Positions 1 to 9,691 are shown, counted from the stretch's first letter. The stretch is 32,000 nt of DNA from Candidatus Brocadia sp. (GCA_021650915.1 CP091279.1:1470001-1502000), one strand, 5' to 3'. Made by a program: numbers and translations. Notes: a model not told the origin generated them from the letters alone.

Positions 1-106
1 CCCCGACTACTCTTTTTAGAGTTGTAGGGCGACGAGGCTCGTCGCTCTACATTGAAAAGGTCGCCAAAGGCCTAATTAACAGGCAAACACGGAGGCAATG
101 GTCTGT

Positions 107-1888
107 CTAATCTTCGAGCGTAGAGATATCTCCCGTTGGCAGTCCAAGGTCTCTTGCCTTTAACAACCGGCGCATGATTTTACCGCTGCGGGTCTTGGGT
201 AAATTGCCGCAAAATTCGATTTCTCGCGGGTATGCATGTGCCGCTAAACGATGCTTGATAAAGACCTTTATCTCCTCTTCTAATGCTTTTGATATTGCAA
301 ACCCCTCCCGGAGCACCACAAACGCCTTGATAATCTCTCCCCGCTCCACGTCTGGCTTCCCAATTACCCCTGCCTCTGCCACCGCCCGGTGTTCGAGGAG
401 CGCGCTCTCTACCTCAAAGGGCCCCACCCTGTGGCCGGAGGTATTAATGACATCATCTGCCCTTCCCACAAACCAGAAATACCCGTCCTCATCTTTATAC
501 GCCGTGTCGCCCGTTGCATACCATCCATTAATGCTGAAATATTCCCGAAACCGCTTTTCGTCACCCCATACCGCCCGCAACATAGAAGGCCACCCCGGCT
601 GTAATGCCAGAAGTCCATGTTGCCCTGCCGGTAACTCATTCCCTTTACCATCAATGATCGCCGCCTTCGTGCCCGGGAATGGCTTGCCCATGGAGCCAGG
701 CTTAATCGGCAGGCAGGGATAATTTGCAATCATAATAGCGCCCGTTTCCGTCTGCCACCAGGTATCATGAATGGGTAACTGATACACCTTTACGCCCCAT
801 CTGATTACCTCCGGGTTCAGAGGTTCCCCGACGCTGCAGATATACCGCAGGCTGGTTAAATCATACTTTTTTATCAGATCATCACCCGCCTTCATAAGCA
901 TCCGTAACGCCGTAGGGGCGGTATACCATACGGTAATTTTATATGTCTGGATGATCTCATACCACTTTGCGGCATCAAATCGTCCGTCATAGATATACGA
1001 AGAGACGCCATTCAGCCACGGCCCCCATAGTCCATATACCGTACCCGTTACCCAGCCAGGGTCCGCGGTACACCAATAAATATCCTCATCCCGCAGGTCA
1101 AGTACCCACTTGGTGGTAATATAATATGAAATCATATCATAATGGACGTGGGTTATTCCTTTGGATTTCCCCGTGGTGCCAGATGTGTACAGGATATACA
1201 AAGGGTCTTCCAGTTCCAACCCCACCGCCTCAAACTTGTCGGAGGCATCTTTCATCAGGGTTGCGTAACACACATCCTTCTCTTCCAGCTCATATTCCTT
1301 CCGGTAGTCTACCAGTACGATACGTTCCAGCTTTGGCAATTCCCACAGCACCGTATCAACCCGCTCTTTCAGTTCCTGAGTGGTAATCAAGACCTTTGCC
1401 TCGCTATTCTGCAAGCGGTCGCGAACGGCGTCCGGTCCAAAGGCGGAAAACATAGGCCCGGCAATAGCGCCAAGCTTTGCAATGGCTATGATGCTGATGT
1501 AGAGTTCCGGCAAACGGGGAAGAAAAATAAAGACCCGGTCGCCCTTTTTCACCCCAATCGACCGCAGCATATTCGCGCACTTATCAGAGAGGTTTTTCAG
1601 TTCCAGAAAGGTGTATTTCTGGCGGGTACCGTCAGGGCCTTCCCAGTACAATGCCACCTTATTTTTCCGCCATGACTGCGCATGCTTATCAATCGCTTCG
1701 TAGGCAATATTGGCTTTCTTCGCAGGATTATCAGGCAAGAAAAGTTCCTTCTTAACGGCTTCCCACGAAAATTCCTTACCAGCCTGCTCGTAATTTACAA
1801 GACCGGTTACGACCGGCGCTTTGTTTATTATTTCTCCACTTTTCATGACCCCGGTTACCATAGATAATTGAGACAAAATAAAACACAA
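107..1888 (-). CDS. acs: Acetyl-CoA synthetase (AMP-forming acyl-CoA ligase)
   Basis: 593-aa ORF with the AMP-binding signature YTSGTTGKSKG, the Acs-type DTWWQTETG motif and C-terminal PKTRSGKIMRR. The true start may be an internal Met (e.g. at 1846). Confidence 0.85.
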   Translation of the reverse strand: MCFILSQLSMVTGVMKSGEIINKAPVVTGLVNYEQAGKEFSWEAVKKELFLPDNPAKKANIAYEAIDKHAQSWRKNKVALYWEGPDGTRQKYTFLELKNLSDKCANMLRSIGVKKGDRVFIFLPRLPELYISIIAIAKLGAIAGPMFSAFGPDAVRDRLQNSEAKVLITTQELKERVDTVLWELPKLERIVLVDYRKEYELEEKDVCYATLMKDASDKFEAVGLELEDPLYILYTSGTTGKSKGITHVHYDMISYYITTKWVLDLRDEDIYWCTADPGWVTGTVYGLWGPWLNGVSSYIYDGRFDAAKWYEIIQTYKITVWYTAPTALRMLMKAGDDLIKKYDLTSLRYICSVGEPLNPEVIRWGVKVYQLPIHDTWWQTETGAIMIANYPCLPIKPGSMGKPFPGTKAAIIDGKGNELPAGQHGLLALQPGWPSMLRAVWGDEKRFREYFSINGWYATGDTAYKDEDGYFWFVGRADDVINTSGHRVGPFEVESALLEHRAVAEAGVIGKPDVERGEIIKAFVVLREGFAISKALEEEIKVFIKHRLAAHAYPREIEFCGNLPKTRSGKIMRRLLKARDLGLPTGDISTLED

Positions 1889-2053
1889 TCTTATATCACT
1901 TATAATGATAAGTCAATGAGAAAGGTATCGTATTGGTAAATCTGGTTAGGGGCGGCTTCGGCAGCACTTTAGCTGCAGGGCTACGTCAAGTATAAGCGCA
2001 AGTACTGACACGTAAAAAAGAAAAGGAATAAACTGGCTTTTTCAAAATGGTTC

Positions 2054-3830
2054 TTGTATAATAGTTTCATGAACCATGAAGAGACACGAAAAAGCGTAGT
2101 ACCATCGGGCGGTCTTCACGGCATTGAAGTAAGACCCATCCGTCGGGAAGAACGAACCCGATGGGACGAACTCATGCGCCAATACCATTATCCTGGGCTT
2201 CACTCTCTGATCGGGGAAAGCATCCGGTATCTGGCGATACACCAGGGACAATGGCTTGCCTTGATCGGATGGTCAGCAGCGGCGCTCAAATGCAAGGTAC
2301 GAGACCGCTGGATAGGATGGCCTTGCTTTCTTCAGTACCGGCGGTTGTCTTTTGTTGCCAATAACAGTCGTTTCCTGATCTTCCCTCATGTCCGTATACC
2401 CAACCTTGCCTCTTATGTCCTCGCCCGGAATCTCAAACGATTATCCCAAGACTGGCAAACCATCTATAACCATCCGATCTATCTTGCAGAGACCTTTGTC
2501 GATCCGCGCTCTTTCAAGGGCACCTGTTACAAGGCCCAGGGCTGGGAGTTTCTGGGATATACCCGCGGGTTTGCAAAATGCGCTCACCGGTATTATTCCC
2601 ACAACCAACCCAAGATGGTCTTTGTTCGTCCTGTTCTTCCCGATGGGAAAAGAAAACTCTCTGAACCGTATCTCGAAACCCGAAACACCCCAAAGGAGGT
2701 AAAACCGATGCGCCTTTCTCTGAAAGATGCTGAATCACTGAAAGAACGATTATCTCAGATTCCTGATCCCCGTCTATCACGCGGCAAACGACACAGAAAG
2801 CTCTCCGTCATGACCCTTTCTCTTTGCGCCCTTCTGTGTTCTGCCACAAGCTTTGCCGCTATCGCTGAGTGGGCAAAATCATGCAGTCAAAATATGCTCA
2901 AACGTCTCGGCTGTCGTCTGAACCCAAAGACCGGCATCTATGAACCTCCCAGCGAACCTACCATCCGCAGGTTCCTGCAAGACGTTGATGCCGAAGCGGT
3001 AGATACGGCCCTCTACGGCTGGCTTCAGTCCCTTGCCGGAGAAGATACTGCCCTTGCCATTGACGGGAAGACCCTCAAGGGCGCATACCAGGAAAACGGG
3101 CAGAAAATTCATCTCCTCTCTGCCTTTCTCCAGCAAAAAGGCGTCGTTATCGCCCAATGTCCCGTTGACCAGAAAACCAACGAAATCCCAACGCTGAAAA
3201 CCCTCCTTGACCCCTTAGACATCAAGGACAAGGTGGTCACTCTCGATGCCCTGCATACCCAAAAAGAGACGGCGCGGTATCTCGTTGAAGACAAGAAAGC
3301 CGATTACCTCTTTACCGTAAAAGACAACCAACCCACTCTCAGACAACATATCGAAGACCTCCGCCTGGTCTCTTTTCCCCCCTCAGCACAAAACCATCGA
3401 CAAACATCACGGACGCATTGAAATCCGCCAGGTCTGGACCAGCGCCGATTTAAACCATTACCTTGCATTCCCCTTGGTTGGACAGGTCTTTTGTATCCAC
3501 AGAAAATTTACCTACCTCAAATCCCAAAAAACAACCGAAGAAACGGTCTATGGCATTACCAGCCTTACGCAACAAAAGGCAGACCCTGCCCGCATACTCC
3601 GCTTGAACCGGGGACATTGGAGTATTGAAAACAGCCTCCATTACGTTCGTGATGTCACCTTTGATGAAGACCGCTCCCCGATTCGAACAAACCATGCACC
3701 CAGGGTTATGGCCTCCCTCAAAAATTGCATCATCAGCATCTTTCGCTCACTGGGAAGAACCGCTATCGCACAAACTCTTAGAAATTTAACCTACCAACCT
3801 CACCTTGCCCTGAAACTCCTTCGCTTATAA
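2054..3830 (+). pseudogene. Frameshifted ISAs1-family (H-repeat type) DDE transposase with an N-terminal DUF4338-like domain
   Basis: ORF 2054-3421 has DUF4338-type motifs (RDRWIGW, NNSRFLI, ETFVDPRSFKGTCYKAQGW), then a DDE_Tnp_1_assoc-like IPDPRLSRGKRH segment. It continues in another frame as ORF 3474-3830 with the ISAs1 hallmark GHWSIENSLHYVRDVTFDEDRS. Removing one C from the C6 run at 3377-3382 gives a continuous ...FPPQHKTIDKHHGRIEIRQVWT... reading frame. Confidence 0.75.
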
Positions 3831-4018
3831 CGTCTCTTTCTTCCCCTTCCCCCCTTATTTCCCATGCCCTTCGAGGCACATGGGGATTCCCTTGTCTTTT
3901 ATGCCTTTTTTTGTCATCTTTTCGTGTCTTTGCTCGTTTTTCCCTCTTCAAACCCCTTCTTTCCCTTGCCTTGCCACTCTCTCTTTTTTTGATCATCATG
4001 ACTTTGACGTTACCCTGG

Positions 4019-4093
4019 TGTAAGGGCGAAGCATTTGCCATAAATTGGCATAAATGTATTCACACCCCAAGATGGCAAATGCTTCGCCCCTAC
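4019..4093. repeat. 75-bp palindromic (MITE-like) element between two convergent transposase genes
   Basis: The arm GGGCGAAGCATTTGCCAT (4024-4041) is the perfect reverse complement of ATGGCAAATGCTTCGCCC (4072-4089), with a 30-nt spacer. The outer ends read GTAAGGGCG... and ...CGCCCCTAC. Confidence 0.6.
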
Positions 4094-4113
4094 TTTTTCA
4101 AAAAACTAAAGTG

Positions 4114-6764
4114 TTACAAAAATTTTAGGGTCGCTTTGTTTTGAAATTTACAGGTTTGTGCAATTCCAAGCAACAGCAAATATTGGGGGACAACCTTTTT
4201 GAAAAACGTCCCGGATATCTTTCTTTGTACGGCAAGATGCCTGATGGCATTTTCTGCTGTATTGTTGTGCCAAGGGATGCCGTCTAACTCGAGAAAAGTA
4301 AAAAGACTGTCTCTATAGCGTTGAAAACGTTTTTGATATTTGGCGATCAACTCACACTTGTTGGGTGTCTTGTCAATATTCTCCCGATAGAACCGGTCGA
4401 CAGGCTTACTAAATTTGTGGAGGTGCCATTTCTTTAACCCATATTTTTCCTCCGCCTCAAAGATAGGGACGAGTAAATTCTTCACATCATTGACAAATGC
4501 TTCATATTCGCGATTGTATGGATTATCCCAAAGGTCATTGTTGATATCCCGGATGAGATGTACCAAGCATTTTTGTTGTCTGCCGGTGACGGCATCATAG
4601 CCTCCATAGAAATCGGAAATCAGTATGCCCTGATAGCCAGACAAAAACTCATGGGCAATAGTGGGCTCTCGCGTCTCAGTCATTCTCAAGACGACGCGTT
4701 TTCCGTCGGTGAACACCCAGACATAATGATCAACTCCTTGGATATTGATGGGTGTCTCGTCAACATGGATATAAGGATTTTCCATGATGCGCTGAACCGA
4801 CAATTTTTCGGTCGCAGTATAGTACTCGGCAAAGTATTTGAAGAAGTTTATAAGAGTACCCTCGCTTACTCGCTCACTAAAGATGTCCTCCATCTCTTGG
4901 ATAATGATACGATATGGGAGGCGAAGAACTACTCTTTGATAGATTACCCAAGTTTGAAAAGCATGACCAAATAGTCGATTCCCGAGTTTCTCAATCTTGG
5001 GCGGAGAATAATGCTTGTTGCATTTCTGACAGTAACCTTGCGCGCCGACATATTTCGTTGCAGTCTCTCTAAATCCATTTTTCATGAAACGCAGGTTGAC
5101 GATAAATTTCTTGGCTACTTCCTCAGATTTTTCAAGCATGAATCGCTTGTGTTTAGGACAAGTTCTTTTCGGTGCTACCTTAATAACAGTGCCAGCCTTT
5201 GACGGCATTATTCTTTGATATGCTTGATGGCCTTTTACTCCCCCTCGTTTCTTTCCCTTAGTTTCTGTTGGGCATTGTTGTTGCCGTATGCTGACTCGTT
5301 TATTACCGTAATTGGCATGTGCATATCTGATAATACTTTGAAATTCTTCGTGAATCTTGTTACCGAGTTCCGAGGCATACTGTTTCGGTCGATCAGCGAA
5401 ATCAATACTCATGTGCGCATTGGCACTCGCAATGATCTTTGAAAGCTCCTCCGCCAATAACCATAACGCCTCGCAGTCCTCTCGATTGTAAGTGATCAAC
5501 ATTTTCTTGTACTGACTCTCCCCGGTATCATTCCAGAGATATCGCCATGCCAGACTTTGGAGTCCAGATGCATCAGGAGCAGTCCAAGAGGCGCCAATGA
5601 GTTTCCCCAACTCCTTCAAATTATTTGATCTGGTTGGGAAATATACTTTGCCATAAATACTGGCATTCAGGTTGACCAAACGATTTTTGATCACCTCACA
5701 ATTGGCCTGATATTTCTGCGCTAGCCAACCTATTGCTCGTGGTTCATAACTCCCGTAGTGATAGATCGGAGCTTCGGGATGTTCATTGATTTTTTCAAGA
5801 GCTTCTGACCATATGCGCTGTTCGTCTTCATGGGTATCGGCCCAAAAAGAATGATAAGAGCGGTTCCCCCTTCTCATTGATCAAGAGGCCAATCAGATAG
5901 TGAAAGTGTTGGTCTGGAATTCCTTCGAGGTCGAGAAACAGTTCTACCTCGCTTCTGAGCAATATAGGAAGTTCTTGAATATATATTATCCCTGTCCTGA
6001 GCGCTAAAGCTTGTAGCTCAAACTTGAACAATACCGGAGCTTTAGCCCGCCGCCTCCGTTTGCGTCGCGGTCTGAAGACATAGGAGAGTTGCGTAACTGT
6101 AAAGATGCCTTTCTTGTGATACTTTCGAATTGTCTTTGGCGTGGTCCGTTCTAACAGACTGAGATCGTCAGCCTTCTCTGCTTGATCTAAACATTCCTTC
6201 CGATATTGGCAAGCGGGGCAGTGCTTGTTCAAAATCACTGACGGAGGCGCATATGGCACACTGCCTGTCCATTGTCTTAACGTCTCGATAGTCGGCATCA
6301 GTGTCCGGTCAACGGATTTCATTTCTACTTTGTAAGCTTGACCATCCGCGCCCATGATTGTTCCAACCGCAGGCAACTTGTTTTGCAATTGCCCGAGCAC
6401 ATATCCGACAAACAAGAGGGCAAGCTTCTGCTCTTTCGTGACCTGATGTGTTCCAACAATGATTGTCGGCTCGTAACTATAACTGCCGAGAGATGAACTA
6501 CGATGCACTATCGTGTAGCCTGAGCGGGACTTCCAGAAGTACATCTTCGCCATTCAAGAGGACCGCGGCGTTGCCGGTGCTTACACCAGGATGTTCTTGC
6601 TCGATGAGATTCACATATTTAATTCGATTTCTGCGTGCTTGTTCTTGAAGCAAACGCACGTAATCATGGGGCATTCCCTGTCTTTCCGAGCAAAGAATGA
6701 GAAATGCTTTCCGAAGGCACTGCGAGTATGCGACAACAGCTTCAGGAGTAATAATTTTCGTCAT
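4114..6764 (-). pseudogene. Twice-frameshifted fusion of a TM0106/RecB-like (Cas4-like) nuclease, an RNase H-like exonuclease domain and an IS66-family DDE transposase
   Basis: Three overlapping minus-strand ORFs (6498-6764, 5828-6553, 4114-5877) read through as one protein. It contains a Cas4-like Cys cluster (HCPACQYRKEC), an exonuclease-like DLEGIP...YHYGSYE segment, then IS66 TnpC-like motifs (CQKCNKHY zinc finger, HVDETPINIQG, HYVWVF, LISDFYGGY, CLVHLIRD, PWHNNTAENAIRHLAVQRK). The second frameshift sits in a G5 run (plus-strand C5 at 5866-5870). Confidence 0.7.
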
Positions 6765-7011
6765 CGTACCCTTGTTTCTATCCTTTTATCCCGGCTATCC
6801 GCGCCTAATCTTTTTATATTAGACTTTCCAATTATCACGCTGTTTTGTATTATTTGTCAAGGATTAAAAAACATCTGAAATATCTTCAAAACAGTTAACG
6901 GATACATGTTCCTTGCTCTGGTTAGCGCTTGGTATTGTTTTCATTGAACTTCAGAGTAAATAATATTAAAATCACGATATAATGATTACTATATGAAGGA
7001 GCAATACTCTC

Positions 7012-7296
7012 ATGTTAAAAAAGGGTGTTAAGGAAATAAGGGATAATTTTACCAGGTATCTTAAGAGGGTAAAACAGGGCGAAGAAATTGTGGTTACTGA
7101 AAGAGATAAACCCGTGGCTTTGCTCGCTCCCATACCCGAAGTAACCAGTTTTCAGGAAAAATTAGAATTGGCTGCCAGGAAGAGTCTTATCCGACTTCCC
7201 CAAAAGGAAGGGAAGATACCCATTCATAAAAAGATCAAGCTATTCGGAAAGTCTCTTACCGAGATCGTTTTGGAGAAACGGGAAAAAGGGTGGTAA
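7012..7296 (+). CDS. Type II antitoxin, Phd/YefM family
   Basis: 94-aa ORF. The N-terminus VKEIRDNFTRYLKRVKQGEEIVVTERDKPVALLAPI follows the Phd/YefM pattern. An AGGAG Shine-Dalgarno lies upstream of the ATG. Confidence 0.8.
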   Translation: MLKKGVKEIRDNFTRYLKRVKQGEEIVVTERDKPVALLAPIPEVTSFQEKLELAARKSLIRLPQKEGKIPIHKKIKLFGKSLTEIVLEKREKGW

Positions 7297-7357
7297 AGAT
7301 TGCCTATGTAGACTCATTGGAGTGGGTATATAAAAATTTGACTTTGTAATTTTTATC

Positions 7358-8443
7358 ATGAATCTTAAATTCAACGATCATCTGCTTCCCACCCTTCCCG
7401 TTATGGAAGACCTCCCGTTGGACAGGCTGATGGGGATTACGTCGACCATCCCCATTGAAATCGTCTTTGCCGCCGGGTATCTGCCGATAGACCTGAATAA
7501 TATCTTCATCTGTGACAGACAGGCATATAAAATGGTTGAAGATGCAGAATCGTCCGGCCTCCCCAGAAACATCTGCGCCTGGATTAAGGGCATCTATTCG
7601 GCAGCCAGGAAATACCATATCCGGAAGATTATTAGTGTTATCCAGGGGGACTGCAGCAATAACCAGGCATTGATGGAAATCTTCCAGTCCGAGGAGATTG
7701 AAACCATCCCCTTTGCTTACCCGCATGCAAAGACCGACCGACAATTCCTCCACAATCAATTGACAATGCTCGCAAATGCCCTGGGGATCGATTATGGAAG
7801 GGCAGAAGAGATGAAGAACCGCCTTGACACCGTCCGGTCATATGTGCATGAAATTGACCGGCTCACCTGGGCGGAGAACACCGTGACAGGGGAGGAAAAC
7901 CACATCTGGACGGTATCCACCAGCGACCTGATGGGGGATTATGGAGTTTTTGAGGAACGTGCTGTAAAATTTTTAAGATCTGTACGTGAACGTGAACCGA
8001 TTCAGCATGACCTTCGCATAGGCATTGTCGGGATACCACCCATATGCGAAGACCTCTACCCGTTTCTCTCATCCATCGGGGCGCACGTCGTATACAACGA
8101 AATCCAACGGCAGTTTTCCATGCCATATCCCACAAAAACCCTTGTTGAGCAATACAGCCAATATACCTATCCCTACGATATCTTTTCACGGCTGGAGGAT
8201 ATTCAGCAAGAGATAAAACACAGGAACGTCATGGGACTCATTCACTATGTCCAGAGTTTCTGTCACCGGCACATCCACGATAAAATTATCAGAAAACAGA
8301 TTCACTTACCGATTCTCACCCTGGACTGTGACCGCCCTGGACCGCTCGACGGCGCCATGAAGACCCGCATCGAGGCATTTGTTGAGATGCTGAAATACCA
8401 CGAATCGGGGATGCCGGTTGAATCACGGATTGAAATATCCTGA
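7358..8443 (+). CDS. 2-hydroxyacyl-CoA dehydratase / BcrC-BadD-HgdB family protein
   Basis: 361-aa ORF. Its size and the N-terminal GITSTIPIEIVFAAGYLPIDL pattern resemble the HgdB/BcrC D-component family. This is assigned from family recollection only, and no partner subunit or activase is present. Confidence 0.5.
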   Translation: MNLKFNDHLLPTLPVMEDLPLDRLMGITSTIPIEIVFAAGYLPIDLNNIFICDRQAYKMVEDAESSGLPRNICAWIKGIYSAARKYHIRKIISVIQGDCSNNQALMEIFQSEEIETIPFAYPHAKTDRQFLHNQLTMLANALGIDYGRAEEMKNRLDTVRSYVHEIDRLTWAENTVTGEENHIWTVSTSDLMGDYGVFEERAVKFLRSVREREPIQHDLRIGIVGIPPICEDLYPFLSSIGAHVVYNEIQRQFSMPYPTKTLVEQYSQYTYPYDIFSRLEDIQQEIKHRNVMGLIHYVQSFCHRHIHDKIIRKQIHLPILTLDCDRPGPLDGAMKTRIEAFVEMLKYHESGMPVESRIEIS

Positions 8444-8467
8444 GAGTTCTTAATCGATAAGATGTTT

Positions 8468-8584
8468 GCTGGTTCAATCGTCCACGATTGAACCGGAACG
8501 GTTGGCATGTTTCAAGATTGACACTTATTCAGAACGCACCATACCGTGCAAAACATCCGGTTCAATCTACAAGATTGAACCAGC
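8468..8584 (+). repeat. REPIN-like 117-bp repeat, copy 1
   Basis: Starts with GCTGGTTCAATCGTCCACGATTGAACC (a 10-bp-stem hairpin) and ends with GGTTCAATCTACAAGATTGAACCAGC (a second hairpin). The 12-nt termini are inverted repeats of each other. Confidence 0.9.
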
Positions 8585-8698
8585 ATAAGTAGGATACATT
8601 GCTTAATCCAATACACATACGCCTCTTCGGTCCTCATGCTGTCGTGCTTTACCCATAATTGCATCACGCACCTGATCCAGTAATTTAGGTTTGGGCAT
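8585..8698 (-). pseudogene. N-terminal stub of an integron-type tyrosine recombinase (frameshifted and truncated)
   Basis: The minus strand reads MPKPKLLDQVRDAI, then after a frameshift VKHDSMRTEEAYVYWIKQCIL. This follows the N-terminal SAM-like domain pattern of IntI-like integrases. The reading frame ends exactly at the edge of repeat copy 1. Confidence 0.5.
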
Positions 8699-8836
8699 AA
8701 GAGTTCCTTTTCGTTATGAAAAAACTATTTTATTGCACTATTTTGGTAATTTAAGGTATAGTACCGGCAAAATATTCGTGGCCCTTATTATATGCCTAAA
8801 TAGCCGTATAATAAGGCACCTGTAAACGTATTATAT

Positions 8837-8872
8837 GTACTAATAGCCGTAAAATAAGACGGCTATTAGTAC
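8837..8872. promoter_or_regulatory. Perfect 14-bp-stem palindrome immediately upstream of the membrane-protein ORF
   Basis: GTACTAATAGCCGT (8837-8850) pairs with ACGGCTATTAGTAC (8859-8872) around an 8-nt loop, 9 nt before the ATG at 8882. A second palindrome, CCTTATTATA/TATAATAAGG, lies at 8782-8815. Confidence 0.4.
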
Positions 8873-8881
8873 GGCTAATTC

Positions 8882-9691
8882 ATGTTAGATTTCATAGGAT
8901 ATTGCTTGAGTATCAATACTAAAATAGAAAATTGGCCTATAGATGTGAGTCTGTTTAGCGTAGGTTTTTTGTCATTATCAGTAGTATATGATTATGGGTA
9001 TTTCACATATTTAGGATTTAGTTTTTCTGAAGCGCCCACTACTATTTCAGATCATGTGCGATCTTCCTTGGTCTGGCTTCCAACTCTAACAATTGCAGTT
9101 CTAGCAATATTTATATATGAGTCTGCAATGAAAAGACTTGAAGGTGGGATGTCTGAAGAAGAACTAATAACAACCTCTCCAACACCGAAGTTTACAAAGT
9201 GGTTTCGGGCGTCACCTGCATATTTGATAATAATAATTGCAGTAGCAATTCCTATCCTATGGTTTGCTGGAATTAAGCCTCCTTTGCGAGCACAACAGTT
9301 TTCGTTAATCATATTTTGGTTTTTATTTCATAATTGGGTATATAGTCATCCAAATATTGTTTCAAAAACCAGTTTGAAAATATATTTAATTGGCCGCTGG
9401 TTGCCTGCAATTGTAATATATATTGCATATACTGGAGCAATATCCGCTGAAAATACAATAGAGCTACACAAGAATAACTATAAATTAGTTTTATCTAATT
9501 CCACTATTGAGGTTAATTTGCTTCGCACATTCCAGAGTTACTTTCTGGTTTGGAATAGTTCTAAACATAATTATGAATTTATAAGTTCTGCTTTAATTAA
9601 AAGCTATGAACCAGTGGATAAGCCAGAACAAAATAAGAAATCTAACAAACATATCCAGCCGACGCCAAAAAGCGGCGCGGCTGATAAGTGA
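8882..9691 (+). CDS. Hypothetical polytopic membrane protein in an AT-rich segment
   Basis: 269-aa ORF with about 6 hydrophobic helices and a hydrophilic K/P-rich tail. No family was recognised. The local composition is visibly more AT-rich than neighbouring genes. Confidence 0.55.
   Translation: MLDFIGYCLSINTKIENWPIDVSLFSVGFLSLSVVYDYGYFTYLGFSFSEAPTTISDHVRSSLVWLPTLTIAVLAIFIYESAMKRLEGGMSEEELITTSPTPKFTKWFRASPAYLIIIIAVAIPILWFAGIKPPLRAQQFSLIIFWFLFHNWVYSHPNIVSKTSLKIYLIGRWLPAIVIYIAYTGAISAENTIELHKNNYKLVLSNSTIEVNLLRTFQSYFLVWNSSKHNYEFISSALIKSYEPVDKPEQNKKSNKHIQPTPKSGAADK

Noticed and set aside
174-1675. Long plus-strand ORFs (174-722, 1142-1675) lie inside the acs gene. Similar antisense ORFs occur at 7304-7759, 11476-12015 and 18234-18776.
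   Set aside because: These are shadow ORFs antisense to, or out of frame with, strongly supported genes. They are rich in Pro/Arg/Ser, which is typical of non-coding frames, and carry no recognisable motifs.
3778-4041. An 87-aa K/R/E-rich ORF on the minus strand.
   Set aside because: It is a low-complexity translation of the polypurine strand of the 3833-3990 tract. It has no start context and overlaps the end of the ISAs1-type gene.
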